From: Amoebophrya sp. A120
Lineage: Eukaryota; Protista; Dinoflagellata
Length of the DNA: 64,000 nt
Direction of reading: 5' to 3'
Assembly: GCA_905178155.1 (NCBI GenBank)
Contig: CAJINV010000013.1
Location: 3,220,158 to 3,284,157, forward strand
The notes under the pieces are model-generated. The model saw nothing but the letters and a program-made list of their open reading frames with translations, searched no databases and was not told the origin of the DNA. The number at the start of each line of letters is the position of its first letter. Positions within the stretch are counted from its first letter, which is position 1. Positions 25,842 through 39,600 of the stretch are shown here, piece after piece. Position numbers and translations under genes: made by a program.

Positions 25842-28817
25842 ATGGGTTCCTATCTCTCAAGCCCGGTGACGCACAAGGAGATGTGCGGGGGCGAATCGCG
25901 AGAAAACCCCTTCGTTATGCAGATGAGAAAGAATCACATAAGAGAGCAAATTAGTCTTCCTATTCCTTTGCTTGAAAGGGCCGTAGCTTTGTCGAAAGCC
26001 AAACAAAGAAGCGCGATGAATCAATTCTCGCTGTTGAGTCTCAATTACGCTAAAGCGAATCCCAATGCGTGCTGGGTGTGGCTGTGAAAAGGCTAATTCC
26101 GCTGTGTGTGATTTTTTCACTTCCATCAGAGTCGGGGAAGTGGCAGGGTGTATGATGCAAGGTTGGAGAAAAACGATGGAGGACGCCCACATCTTATGGC
26201 AAGAAAACATTAGTTTAGTCGGTGGCCGCGCATGCGTTGCAGAAGTTCATTGGATGCGGGTTTTTTTTCGCAATGATGTGACTTTCCTCAACTTTGATTG
26301 TGATTGAGATGTGAATTTCAAAATTTCTCCCAGGAGAACTACCAGGGGATAATATGTAGCGAAGCTGCACGTGCACGCCATGCATGGACAACCACCTCAT
26401 TTTGCCTTCCATACTTTTGCCTGCCGGACCTCACAGCCTTCTCCCATCCTGTTCTAGACGAGGTAGCGAACAGCTTCTAACTTTTCTTCTTTTTTCCCGT
26501 GGCTAGTGGCAGTGCTACGTACCGGTGTAGCGAAATTTTGCGCGCGAGGATGTTACGAAGTAGATTTTCGAAGACCAGCGATGAATTTCAATTTTTCATC
26601 CGAAAAACAGGTCGGCATCGGGGACGGCAAAGACGGCGCAGCCGGTGGAGCGAAAAAAGGCCTGGAGCACAGGATACAGGACCAGTGGAAGGGACACAGT
26701 CTCTTTGCCGTTTTCGACGGGCACGGCGGTGCGGATGTGGCGAAATTCTGCGCCAGCTGCGTCCCGATGATGCTGTTGCGAAAAGACATGGAGATGACCA
26801 CCTCGTCGTCCGGGGCCTCCAAGGGCGATTGTAGCGGTGCTAAGCTCGAATCCTTACTTGTGGATGTGCACCACAGATTAGACGACTTGCTCAGGGATGA
26901 CAAGTACGGTTCACGTTTTTTGCGAACACGACAAAATCATTGATTTGAGGTTGCGCACCGTGCTTTCTTTCATCGTGTAATTAGCATGCCGATGCGTTAT
27001 AAAAACTACGTGCATAAAGTAAGATAAAAAAAGCTTGTTCTCGTCCTATCAGGTACTGTCGCGCCCTCGTCCCCACCGCTTCCAATGGGAACGGGGCCGC
27101 CGGGAATGGCAGCGGGGACTCGCCCAATGGTAGAACGACGCCAGGAGGCGCCACAGGACCAAACGGGCCCGCGCTGTCCCTTCTCCAGCAATCCTTGCAG
27201 AAGGACCTGGCCGGGGCGAAAGCGAAAGGGTCGCTGTCGACCGGACAAGCGACGAATGTGATGGTCAAGATGATGCTGTTGCAGCAGATGACAGGCGGGG
27301 GGAAAGGCGGAGGGATGACAGGAGGTGGGCCGGGAAACAAGAGGAATTTGGAATTAGACGACGACATTTTTAGCACAGAGGACGACGACATGAACAGTGG
27401 GTCATCATCCAGCAGTTCCTCAGGGCTGAAACCCGCAGAGCTTTTGCAGGATTTGTGGGAGAGTAAAAGCAACTCGAGCACGGCAACGAGCTCCACCTCG
27501 GCCTCTTCTAGTTCCTCCAAAACGACAGACAAGGACAAAATTACCGGAAAAATCACGGACGGAACAGCAGCCGATCCAGATCGCGCCTGCACCTCCCGGT
27601 CGCAATCGCACCCGACAGCCGGGCTGGGTGGCGTGATGAGTGGCGGGCTTTTAGCAGGCCACGACCGATTCGGTGGCGGGCCCCCGCCAGCAGCGTGTAT
27701 AGCGAGGCTGATGGGCTGCACCGCGGTGCAGGCACTGGTGACTCCGGAGGGAAAGGTACTTGATTGATAGTAAAAAAGTGCAGATAAAACATGATCATGC
27801 CACTTTTGTACATGCAGTTTTGCATAGATACGCGGCAAATTGACTTCTTTCATTCTCTTTGTAAGCCACCTAAAAATTAAACGTTCTATACAGGTCATTG
27901 TCGCAAACGCCGGTGACAGTCGGTGCGTAGTTTGCCAGCGAGACGGTCACGCGCACGCCCTTTCCCACGACCACAAACCGGACCAACAGCGCGAACAGAA
28001 CCGCATTCACGCCGCCGGCGGGCGGGTCGAGGTCTGCAAGCCGTTAGCGGCGGGCGGAAGGACCCACCATCGCGTGAATGGAAACCTCAACCTGTCCCGA
28101 GCGATAGGCGATCTGGAGTACAAACAAAGACAGGACTTGCCCCCAGATCAACAGGTATACATAGCTGCTAGAGAACTTTATTTTGATAATGCTGACAGAA
28201 GATTGATCAGAATCAGATTCAAATGTGAACAACAACAATTTTCAAGTCCGCTAAGTGTAAGTAATTTTCTCGTTGATTCCCCCTTACAACATCAGATAAT
28301 CTGCTCCACACCGGACATCATCACCTATGACATTGCACCGGGCGACGACTTTCTGATTCTCGCCTGCGACGGCGTGTGGGACATGATGACCAACCAGGAG
28401 GCCTGCGACTTCGTCCGCACGAGGTTAAAAAAGGGCTCCGCGCTGAAACAGATCTGCGCGGACCTGCTGGACGCCTGCCTAGCCGACGACCCGCGGAAAC
28501 AAGGCGGTTTGGGCGGGGACAACACCACGGTGCTGCTGGTCAAGCTGAAGTACAGCTTCGAGGCCCGGAACAACAAGGGCGTGAAGAAAAACGCGGGGAA
28601 CTACGGGCTGAGTGACGAAGAAAACATGACAGCAAATAGTACAGGCATTTTTACCATGGCGGTCGACGAGGGCGGGAATGATTTGAAGTCCCTCGCGGAG
28701 TTGAGGAATCCCAGCTCGCAGTCGACCAACAGCAACACGCAGGACAGCACAAACTCCGCCGCGTCCTTATCCTCGAGCAGTAGTGGCAGAGACCTGGTGC
28801 AGATTGCGTTTTCGTAG
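25842..28817 (+). CDS. PP2C/PPM phosphatase (PPM1G-like, N-myristoylation MG); exons ~25842-25913, 26134-26217, 26611-26903, 27053-27755, 27894-28154, 28296-28817
   Basis: MGSYLSSP, MQGWRKTMEDAH, VFDGHGG, GCTA, VANAGDSR, DHKP, RVNGNLNLSRAIGD, LACDGVWD, GGDNTT. Confidence 0.92.
25915..26129. mobile_element. Degenerate introner forming PP2C intron 1 (predicted GT...TC, 25914-26133)
   Basis: Eroded inverted repeat (tatgcagatgagaaagaatcaca vs tgtgattttttcacttccatca), partial TSD CTTCG/AGTCG. Removal gives ENPF|GEVAGCMMQGWR. Confidence 0.5.
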
Positions 28818-29859
28818 ACGTAGGTGTTGGATGATGAGCAGTACTCAGTGTACGGATACCGTGCACAGCGGAAAAAACAGAGAGATACGAGCAATAGACG
28901 TAGAACAAGTTGCACCCCTCAAAAGGAATACAACAACGAACGAATTTCTAGGAGCCCTAGAAGAAGCTATGCTAGTCCTACGTATGAACAATTAGAGCTA
29001 CCCCGGTAATGATTTCATCTTCATAGTTTCATCCCGACTTCGTTGCGCTCGCGCATTGATTATCGAATAATAAAACATAAGTACTCACAACGAGAGACGA
29101 ACCGTTTCAGAGAGTTGTAGGACCTAGATGGAAGTTTCTTGTTATCAACAAAAAGAGAGAGTTCGTACCAGACGACAAAGAACTCAGCATTTTTTCAAGA
29201 ACGAATTAGTGGCGCTTGTCGGCACAAAAGGGGACGGAATGCAGCGAAGGTGACGAAGATATTTGACTGCACCAGCATCATGGACCACTTAAATGAAAAC
29301 CTAATGAACTCGTGCAAGTACAATGAGTAGTCCCCCCGTGCTCTTACCGATACCGTGTCGACTATTACACAAAACAAGTGACCGCCCATTGATCTCAACG
29401 GATGGACGTTTTGCTTTCGAATGCGCACAGTTTCGTAGTTGCGAAATCAGAATCACAACCAGACTTAATAATTTTGGTGACTTGATACGACAAGGTCACC
29501 GGTCAGGCTTTTGTGCCTATTGGGCTCGGGTTCTTGTTGAAGGTCAGCGTCGGAGAGAGAAGGAAAGAGAAAAAGAGATTTTTGCATGAACGCGCATTAA
29601 CATTATGGCTGGTCGATCTGAGCGTGAACAGCGGCACTTCTCGGGACGATATCGAGAATCGAGTGAAGAGGTTGATTTGGTTTGAGGGGCAGCGGCAAGG
29701 AGGAGCAGTGCCATCGAGAACGACTCGAAAAGACATTATCGAGTAAATTAAAGATTCAGAAGGCCAGAAAAAAATATATCGGTTTCATCTTTTGGAGGAC
29801 CAATACAGCAGTACTAGTAGACTACTAGTGGCTTTGTTCTTCATTGCCCACTCACAACA

Positions 29860-31320
29860 ATGTCGGGCGCAGAGACCACTAGCGGCAACTCTTTATGTCT
29901 CTCCCTACTGCAGCTTTGCCAAGGCGGTGGCAGTAGCAGCAGCCGAAGTTCATCAAGAAGTTGTGATGAAAATATTAAAACACGTCAACTCTCGAACTCG
30001 ACCTCTTTGTTACAATCGGAAATCGACGCCGTTCGGAGTGAAAATAACGCCATCGACGTGAGCAGCCTCTACCACGTGGCCGGACCAAGAAGTGATCTTT
30101 CCCGGATAACGACCACAGCCTGCGCCACGTCTCCGTCTAGAGCAACTGTTTCACACAGTGCGGCAATCCCGCTGATGCAGAAAAATCGCCCCGCGGCCAA
30201 AACTTCTACCATTCCGCACCTAAAAAGGAAGTGTTCACGTCGATCGGCTTGCTGCACTTTCACCACATTGAGTAGAAGTGCAGCGCCACGACTAGTCTAC
30301 CTAACATTTTGCAGAGCTGATATTGACCGCTTCAGTCCCGACGCGCAGCATGAGGCCGTCGTTGCGGACGGCGCGAGGCCAAGAAAAATGATGAAAAAGC
30401 AGCACACTGTACTGATCGATCACGACGGGCCGGGCGAGATGGAGGATCAAGCGAGAAAGGCCACTACGGAACCAGCGGTAGCTGAGGATGACCGAGAAGA
30501 TGGAAAAGATGATGATAATGACATGTCGGACAAACATGCAGCAGACTTGGCACGACAACCAGAACCACAATCATCGTCCTCCTTCGCGGAACAAGCAGAA
30601 CCAGCAGTCGAAACAAAGATGAATTATCCTGATTCAAGTGTTTCACCAAACAACACGACCATGCTATTGACCCCGTACGAATCCCACCTCTTCGCCGAGA
30701 GCTACCGGCTGACGGGGAATGCTACCGTGGCGACCTTCCTCGACAAGTGCGGGTTGTTCGAGGTTTTCGAAACCCTGGACGACAACCGCGACGGCGTGTT
30801 GCAGTGTGACGAGTGCGCTTGCGAGGCGATGGACAGGAATGCGGATAATACGACGGACATCGGGGAATTTTACCACTTTTGTGTGCAGGAAGAGGAGATT
30901 TCGAACATGAGAAGCTGCGACGACGATGATGACGTCGAGGAGCTCGGGCTCCTCCTGGACAATCAAGCTACTAACCACATCGGGACCCGGGAGCAACAAG
31001 ACGCGGGAGAAACCGTTTCCGCGTTTCTGGAACCTCCGCAATATCGAGACGACGATTCCTTTTATACCGCAGCAAGCGACGAGAGCGATGTCAGTTTCAA
31101 CGACAACTACGCCGAAGATGTGCCAATGCTTGATCATCTTCACGGGGATCGATCCGCGCCGACATTCGGAGGGCACGAACAGGGTCGTGTAAATTCCAAA
31201 ACAAGGGCAAAGAGGGGTCCAGGGAGACGAGAAGGAGTGGAGCCGGGCGGAGCCTGTTCAGACGATGCTTCTCCTCCTGTTGGTCGCCCCGCAGCAGGGA
31301 AGCGAAAGGGAAATGGGTAA
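29860..31320 (+). CDS. Hypothetical EF-hand protein (start and exon structure uncertain)
   Basis: FETLDDNRDGVLQCDE and MDRNADNTTDIGEF EF-hand loops within a 486-aa ORF. Confidence 0.55.
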   Translation: MSGAETTSGNSLCLSLLQLCQGGGSSSSRSSSRSCDENIKTRQLSNSTSLLQSEIDAVRSENNAIDVSSLYHVAGPRSDLSRITTTACATSPSRATVSHSAAIPLMQKNRPAAKTSTIPHLKRKCSRRSACCTFTTLSRSAAPRLVYLTFCRADIDRFSPDAQHEAVVADGARPRKMMKKQHTVLIDHDGPGEMEDQARKATTEPAVAEDDREDGKDDDNDMSDKHAADLARQPEPQSSSSFAEQAEPAVETKMNYPDSSVSPNNTTMLLTPYESHLFAESYRLTGNATVATFLDKCGLFEVFETLDDNRDGVLQCDECACEAMDRNADNTTDIGEFYHFCVQEEEISNMRSCDDDDDVEELGLLLDNQATNHIGTREQQDAGETVSAFLEPPQYRDDDSFYTAASDESDVSFNDNYAEDVPMLDHLHGDRSAPTFGGHEQGRVNSKTRAKRGPGRREGVEPGGACSDDASPPVGRPAAGKRKGNG

Positions 31321-32592
31321 AGACGGTATTCCGGACTTTGTTGTCGTACGATTGCCAAGAAAATTTGTATAAAATGAAAAAAGCTTCTGGATGGTGTTCG
31401 TCTCACTTCATCAAAAAGCTCCGCATTCATTTTAGCTGAGCCGCTGCTCTTCACTTCCTCTTGCTGCTTGTACTTTCTCGTTCGCACGTTAGATCTTTCA
31501 CTACTTACTTCAGTTGATGACGAACTTGACCTCGCAAACCCGGAGGAGCCAAGGTCAGGGACGCCAAGGTCACGGTCGCGAGAGCAAACGATGCCCCCTT
31601 ATAGCGGAAGAAGTTGGGATCACGCGTTTCCGGGCGTTGGCCGGGGTGCGAGAGGGGTGAGACCTATCTCAACAAAGCACTGTCAGACTATGACTAGCTT
31701 CATGCTTCATGTTCGCACAGAAAATATATCCTTTCCCAGTACGGCTACGGGTGCGAGGGCGGCTGCGAACATCAGGAGTATTGTAAGCATATTGCATGGC
31801 ATTCCTGTTGGAGGGAAGCGGACTAGCTGCCTTTGATGCGTATCATCACGATGAAGCATGAGCTCGGCAGGATTCCGCAATGCTTGCGAAGCGTTTTTAG
31901 CATACTTTTCTCTTCGGATAATGCAATGCTGCAAAAGATCAAATATTATACGTGTTTTGCTTGTAGATTTGCACGTACAGCAGTCACTCGCACGCCTAAA
32001 GAAGCGAGCACGCATATTGGTTTTAGGTTTGGCCCTAAGATAGGAAGACAGTGGTTTGATCATCGATACAGTGCGAGGGGAGCAGACCACGGCGACGAGG
32101 AGACAGTCGCTTTGTTTCTGCCATGCAGCCACAACAAGTCATAGACCCGGCCGATGTACACCTGTCGATGGATGGATTTCCAGCGCCGTAGTTGCGTCAT
32201 GATGACACAAATCAAAAGCAAAACAAAGAACACAACGAACCCGAGCTGCATCTCCGTATGTGGGCTTGACTTTCAAGAACAAGATCTTCCGCTGCGTGAG
32301 CTTGTTCACAAGCGTACAGAATTCACATCAGCAGTGGCAGCATGTGATTTTGATCGAATTGAGACTCAGGTCAGCATAACTTCTTCCGATGAGAGAGAGG
32401 ATGCCTTGCAACACGTGATTCCGTATTAGTGTGTCAGGGTGAGTAGTGCTTCGTTCTACCTGCCTCACGTTGATGGGCAGTGTTGTGTTTGTTCAGTGGA
32501 AAACAGTGACTTACATTTCGTCTGTAGTGCGCTCCTAGAAGTTCAATTGGGTTCAAGCCCAAGGATAAGGATTACTTTTACCCAGCGGCTGC

Positions 32593-34758
32593 TTGTTCAT
32601 CCATCTTCGGTCAATAGCCCCTTCTGTTTTCCGACCCGAATCCCCTCCCAGTTTCACGCGGTCGCAATATAAAGAGCCAACAAAATACCTTTCCACCTCG
32701 TCCACCATGATCGAAATCAACGGTTCCTCGAAGAGCGTGATGGAGAACCTGGTCCGCAGCCAGGCCCAGAACACGCTCCTGCTTCAGAAAAAATCCGCCT
32801 ACTCGGTGCGGATCTCGAGGTTTGCGGTCATTCTCGGCGAAGTCGTCCGGTGCTTTATCCGTCGGAAATACTGGAAATTGCTCTTCGACCACCTGTCTTC
32901 CTCCTCGTTGAGAAGAACCGCCGCGGCGGAAAGACAAAGCAGAGAGGAGGAACAGCGAATAGTGGAACGAGGAGGGGGTGCGGGAGCGGGCGGAGTAGAT
33001 CTAGAGGGAGGTCGTCGTGGCTTTCCTGCCAGAGGCGCCGCACCGCCGGGGCAAACACTGCGAAATGGTGATTTTTATTTCCCCGAGCGCCGCACTGAAG
33101 TAGATGTAGATCTAGATGAAGAGCAACATTTTCATCGAAGCAACCACCCAGCACAGGTTCTCTCGTCTTCTGTGTCACCGGACGATGTGGACCGACGGCA
33201 TCAACATCCTGCGAGCGCGAGCAAAGAAAGCTGGGACTTTCGCACTCAACTAGGACATTACAATCACCGAGAGAGCAGCGCAGCTTTCGCAACGTCAGCT
33301 ACCAGGAGTGGGCACCAATATCCATATCCGCAGGGAATCGAAGTTCGTGGGCCTGCCCCACAAGTAGAGGTGCCCTCTGCAAGCTCGTCGTCAAATAGAC
33401 CAAATCAACCATTCTCAGCCACCATAGCAGGACCTAGTTTCACCTCAAGTTCGCACACCCAAGACCCACTTCGTGTGGCTGCAGAGCGCGAGGACCACCT
33501 GAGCAGTAGGCTTCATCACCGGGGCCACAATAACGGCTTGTATGGTCCAGGTCCGGGTTCTCTACCGAACCATGACAACCAGCAACACGGTGCGAGTTTT
33601 TCTACCAGACCCGCTGTTGGACCACCCTCGCGTGTTCTCAGCGTCCACCACTCCGCCCCTGCTGTGCACGAACTCTCAGACACCTTTTCTCGACCGAAGA
33701 TCGTCTCGCAGTTGCGGTCGCACGTGTCCATGAGTGAAGCAATGCCTACTTCCGCCTCTGCTTCCTTGAAGCTTTCTGCTGGCGTCGACCAATCTAATCA
33801 CCCGCTCTGCTTGTCGTCAAAGTCGACCGCACTTGGGAGCATCAGTGCAGCAGGGTCAGGAACGGGAAAATCCGCGCATAAGTGGGATGTCAGCGAGAAG
33901 CCCCACCTACCTTCAAGTACAACGTACGGGCAAAATGTGGACGGAGAAGAAAATACGGGCCGAACTTTTATGGCAGCAATAAGTTCTTTCTCTTCTTCTA
34001 ATATGGCTGCAGGGGGGTCTGGATTTGGGAGAAGTACCAACGGCCGGTCGCACATGCTGTCGAAGCCAACTGGTGTCTCGGCCTCCGCCTCGAAGGAATA
34101 TTTGCAGGTATATTTGAATGAGGATTATTATTTCTAAGTATTTGATATATGTCTATAATCGATTTGGACTTGATTCAAAAGTATAGAATCGTGATTGTCC
34201 ATCTAGTTCTAGATCTGGCGAGAAACTTACACTAGAGAAGATGATATGACAAAGGACTGCTCATTACAGCCTTCAAACCATGTTCACCGCTCCGCCCTGC
34301 GCCGCATCCAGTCCGAGTTAGTGGAATCCACTGCAACTGCGAGTAAGTCATCTACTACCTTCACGTCGAGTAAAAAATACGCTGGCAGTGCCTTCATGAC
34401 ACCTGCGCCCACTGTACCCTCCACTGCAAACAATCGTCGCCCAGGGGCATTTTCGTCAGATGCCATTTATGGAGGACAGAAAAACTTCACTGCGTCTATC
34501 TTCTCTACCCCTTCTGCAGGAGCTGCTAGTACAGGCGGCACTGGAAGTTGCAGTAGCGCTTCTGCCTCGGCAAGTGGAAACAAGTTGAAGCCGCACCGTA
34601 CTAAGTCGGACTTCTACTCATGTACCACAGCGCGGACAAATCGCGATGTTGCGCCGGGAGGTAAGAATAGTAGCACAACGATGTCCGCCTTTCGGGGGAC
34701 GAGTAGCGGACACACATCAACGAGGACCCAGCAGTTTTCCCGCCTCGGACCTTGGTAG
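32593..34758 (+). CDS. Hypothetical Ser-rich low-complexity protein (probably 2 or more exons)
   Basis: 514-aa ORF followed by a 170-aa ORF of similar composition; CAG|GTATAT donor near 34108. No recognisable domain. Confidence 0.45.
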
Positions 34759-36696
34759 CGGTAAATTCGCGCATACGAGGTTTTCTTTTCATACTAACTG
34801 CTCACCCACCACTTCTTTTCTAAAAAGCCATCTATACCAACAAGATCGTCTTGTCACCGCCAGAAGTAGAAGGCCTGCTACTGGCACGTATGAAATGCAA
34901 CGACCTGCCGTCCAACGTACAACTAAATTTACTGCACCACATACCAATACCAAATGAAACGCTTCTCACGACTTGCCACCACGCTTCTTCTACCAAAAAT
35001 GAAAATTACCATCCGTTTTGCAGAAGACACGCCACGAACCGACCGTGCATTACATACAGTTTTGCGTTTCCGCGATAGTAGCAGAGTTGTCTTCCCACAC
35101 ATCAGCTACTGCTGCGTCAGTTGTCTTGCTTTATCCCGCACCTGGATATCGGAGTACTTGACAAACTGCAACAGCATTTTCGCAAAATTTTGAAAAGGTG
35201 TAGACTGCAAACGCACCAGCAGACACGTCTGCATGATTTTGACGAACATCTCAACATCCTCATGTGACCACGACGACTCTCTCCGCAATCTTTCTCTCTG
35301 TGACTAAAAGAATACTTGTACTTCTTTCACCCTTAGCCTACACTTGATCGATATACATTTAATTGCCCTCGAGATTACAGCATCGCTGCTATCTCATGGA
35401 CATGGCGCGACGAGGGTATCGATGCAAGTGCCATATTGTAGTGGTCGCTCATCATGCTCCATCTAGATTAAAGGGCGAATAGCAATGGAGCTGCAGAACA
35501 GTCGCAGCATCACAAGTGAAGCGCATCCTTGTGGTTTGCTATCATTAGGCGTGAAAGATTTTTTCAAAACTGGTTTGTGTACCCTCAGCCCCAGCACGCC
35601 ACATCGGCGTCGTCGGCAGCACGACTTAATTCTGGTCAACACTAGAATCGAGCAATGCAACGCAGCACGACTTTCCTCCTCGCTGCAGTCTGTGCTTTCA
35701 ACAGCTGTTCATGTGGACGCCTTTGACCAAAGAACGAGCTCTACTTGGAAGCTCGTTCCACAATTACACGACTAGAAAATCTGGATCAGGATGAAAATCT
35801 AAACAGCCCGTCGATCAGATTGTGCATCATCACGCCTTCCTCTAAGCTCGTTTCCCGTGCTATAATTTCACCTGGGACCACGAGGGAGATCGCATAAAAT
35901 TCTGGTGAGCTTCTAGTAGCAGTGACAGGAAAAACACGACGACCCTGACCCTCGGATCTTCATTGTTTTCATCTGCTCGATGATTATTGTGGATCCAAAA
36001 ATGAAAATCGAAATTCGCAAGCACAAAATTCAAGGATCAGCGAAGGAATGTAGTGATGAAAGAAAGACAGAGCTGCTGAGGTATAAAAAATGGATCTGAA
36101 AGATGAAGCAACAATTTGAGTTCGATAGCCTGCAGCTTTGAACTTCTTTGAAGGAACTTTTGTGAGGACAAAACTTCTTTTGATCATCTTCTCTGCAACA
36201 AAAACCCTTCAGGCCTGTCCGAGGTGGTTTTTTAGACGGCTAGCAACGCAACAAGGGTCTACAACAAAGTTTTAGTTTTTTTAATGTAGAGCATCAACCA
36301 CAACAATTTGCATCAAGTGAAATTTAGATAAACGAGACCCGCTACAACTATCGATCGTTTTTGTTCATGAACTTTGAGGCCATTGTCTAGATTTTTGTGA
36401 TGAAAAGCGTACGGGTTTAAGTTTGACGAACGTTTTAGATCCAGTGTTGCCGAAATTCTAAAGTTCGTTGAAACTTCTTCTAGCAACGACCCGCAAATAA
36501 AGCAAGTACAGCTGCCAACCCGCACGCAAAATGTCCTTTATTTCATCAACAAACATCATTATATCGGCCACATCAATTTGTCCTTGAGTCTGACCCTGTT
36601 ACTTACGCGACCTCGAAGACTTGTGCTGCAGTGTCCTGTCTTGTTTGCTAGAAAAACATACCATATCAAAAGGACAAGACGGCGACCAGCAGCATC

Positions 36697-39600
36697 ATGA
36701 GTGCGCGATCGAAGAGTTGCATGTCGGGCCCGAGTGTGGCCATTTTGGTCGCTACGTCCGTCTTGGTGGGATTGGCGGCAATCTTCTTCACCGTGCCAAG
36801 GGCCGAACATCATCCAGGTATACAACAAATTGTAAAAGGTCGCTGCTTGCCGCGTAATTCCGATGAGTTATAAAATTTATGACTTTCTTCTTCTTGTGCG
36901 TTATTTCATCCGTTTTTCTTTTTCCTCATGCGCTTGTTGAGCAAGCGCGTGTCTTTCTAATTTCGAGCAAAAACAAGAAATTCAAATTCGATTTATCTCC
37001 AAAAGTAAATCACCAAAACAGTGTACCAGCACGGCCCGGACCCGGAGGAGGAGCAAGATGCCTTCAACCAGATCCGAGATCCGACCGGCGAGGTAATTTC
37101 CTTGAAGAACCTCGCGGCTCCGGTGGACGAGGACGAGGTGTCTCGATTGACACTCGTATTAAATCCCAAATACGTCTCTACGCTGCCAAATCTGCGGGGC
37201 GTCGCCGCGCGGATATTACTCACCTTTTTGCACTGCGAGGCAGATGGTGCTGACAATGATGGTCAAGAGCAGCAGTGCAATAATATGCAGTCGCCCGTCG
37301 ATGGGGTCGTGCAGCAAAATGCGGCGGCCGCAAGTCCTACTTCCGGTCATCAACACCCACATGGGTCTTCGCATCACCACCCGACCTCGGCGGTCGTATT
37401 AGCACCAGCAGGAGGACAGGGACACCAGCACAACCATCACCACGGACCTGGTGCACCAGCCCCACCTCGTAACCACGGGCACAATCATCAAACGGCCGGG
37501 GGTGCCCCACCTGCGGCAAATACTACATGTTGCCACGGCCACACTACTGGTCCGCCGAAATTTTCCCCGGAGTCGCAGACGCAGGCGTTCCAGCAAAATT
37601 TACTATGGGCGCTGCGGGACAGCATTTACTCCACGCGGATCACCACCCTCACGTGGGATGTGATGGTAACCTTTTACACGGAAACGCTCGAAGACATGAC
37701 GAAAACCACGACGACCACCGACTCGGACGGTGTCGAAATCTCGGATATCGAGTTGACCGAAGAGGCGAAGAACACGTGGCTCAGCGAGGAGGAGGTGCAC
37801 AGCAAGTCCGTCGAGGCCTGCAAGCTGCTGATCGCGCGCCGCAAGTCGTGGGTGGTGTTTTTCGTGTACGACTTGTACCTGATGGGCGTCAGTCTGAAGA
37901 CGCCGAGCAAGAAGGAAACTGTGCGGAACCCGGAAACCGGCGTGGACGAAGAGGTGGAAGTGGAAATTTCCCTGAATGAGTACAAGAAATTGAAGGAAAG
38001 CGAGTGGAAAACGTGGAACACCGAAAAGCCGTGGAGAAGTGCGCCTGCCGGCGCGGCCATGGTGTTGAACCAGGCGATGGCAGCTCCTGCAGAAGATGAC
38101 GATTCTCTTGCTCCTGTCGCAGCCGCGACAGCCACTGCAGTGCAACCAGCCACCTTTGGCGCCGAGGGATCTGATCCCTCTGCCGGAAGCAGTGCCAGTA
38201 GACCTGCTGGCGCGACTGGTAGCAGCGGACCAGCTTCTGCGGACCCTGTGCTCGGCGGAGGAGCAGCGGGAGGTGCAATAGGTGCACCTGCTGCACCGCC
38301 AGTTCCGACGCCTGGAGCAGGAGGAGATGATTTATCTGCAGCAGCTGTTCCGCCTCCGCCGCCACCTCCAGCCGGGACATCTACTCCGCGTTCTCGCACG
38401 TCCCGTGGTGGTCGTTCCCGCGCGTCCTCTCCGTCTCGCGGTAGTCCATCAGGCGACAGCCCAAGCAACGATGGTTCCGACGGCGAGCGTGCGGGAGCAG
38501 CACCAGGAGCAAGTGGCTCGGGGTCTCCGCGTCTTGCCCCTTTTGCAAACGACGCGGGGCAGCTGCGGCAGCGGAGGCCAACACCAACACAAACAGGTGG
38601 TAGCAATTTCGCGCCGCCCGGCCCCGGTACAACAGGTGGGTGGCAAACGACCTGCTGCGGTGGATCTTGCGGACCGTCTGCTTGCCGGGTGATTGCAGGG
38701 ACGCAAGATCCTCTACCTCGTCAACAGACGTGTACATTTATTAGTCGGAGTTATAATTGGGGCAACGCATCCGTACCAGTAAACTACACGGCACCGCATC
38801 CCGAAGGCGTTTGCAGGGCTGGGTGCCCGCACAATCATGGCTCCCCTAGAGGACAAGCAGGAGGACTTGAGGAGGTCTGTCAACCCGCGCGGGCTGCAGC
38901 AAGTTTTTTGGCTTCTGGCACTGGCAGCAGCGCGGCTGGCCAACAACATCAAGCATCGCAGTTACCATTGCTGAATGCGGGGACAAACAATGGGCAGCAG
39001 CAAGTAGTACAGGGTGCCGAACCAGAAGGAGAACCGGCGCCGCAACAAGGACCAGCACAGATAAACGTGACCGCATCTCCCGGGGCGGCGTCGTCCTGCG
39101 GTGGTTGTCCCAGTTGCGCAAACAGCACTTTCCCGCTGACGCCAAGCACCACCGCTGCAGGTGGATCTCTTTCAGCAAACTCCACTCCAAGCTCCCCGGG
39201 GAGCGCTGTGGGACCGATTCCCGCCAGCATCGTTGCAGGGGGCGGTGGCTGCGGTAGTGGGACATGCGGGCACAATCACGGCGTTGTACCTCCCGCCCAA
39301 CACCAGCAGCAAGCACCCGCCTCATCTTCAGGCGCGGCATCACCACCACCGCCAGCCGCATCTCCCGCAGCTGCACCTTCTTCAGGCGGTAGTTGCCCGC
39401 ACCATCACGGCGGGGGTTGCTGCCCAGGGTATGGGCATCCGACCCCGGCGGCCGGATCTACAGCTTCAGGTCCTGTTGCTTCATCTCCGGTTGTAACTAC
39501 TCCAGCCGCATCTCCCGCAGCTGCACCTTCTTCAGGCGGTAGTTGCCCGCACCATCACGGCGGGGGTTGCTGCCCAGGGTATGGGCATCCGACCCCGGCG

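Noticed and set aside
36735-36750. CCATTTTGG resembling part of the dinoflagellate spliced leader
   Set aside because: Short match lying inside a coding exon.
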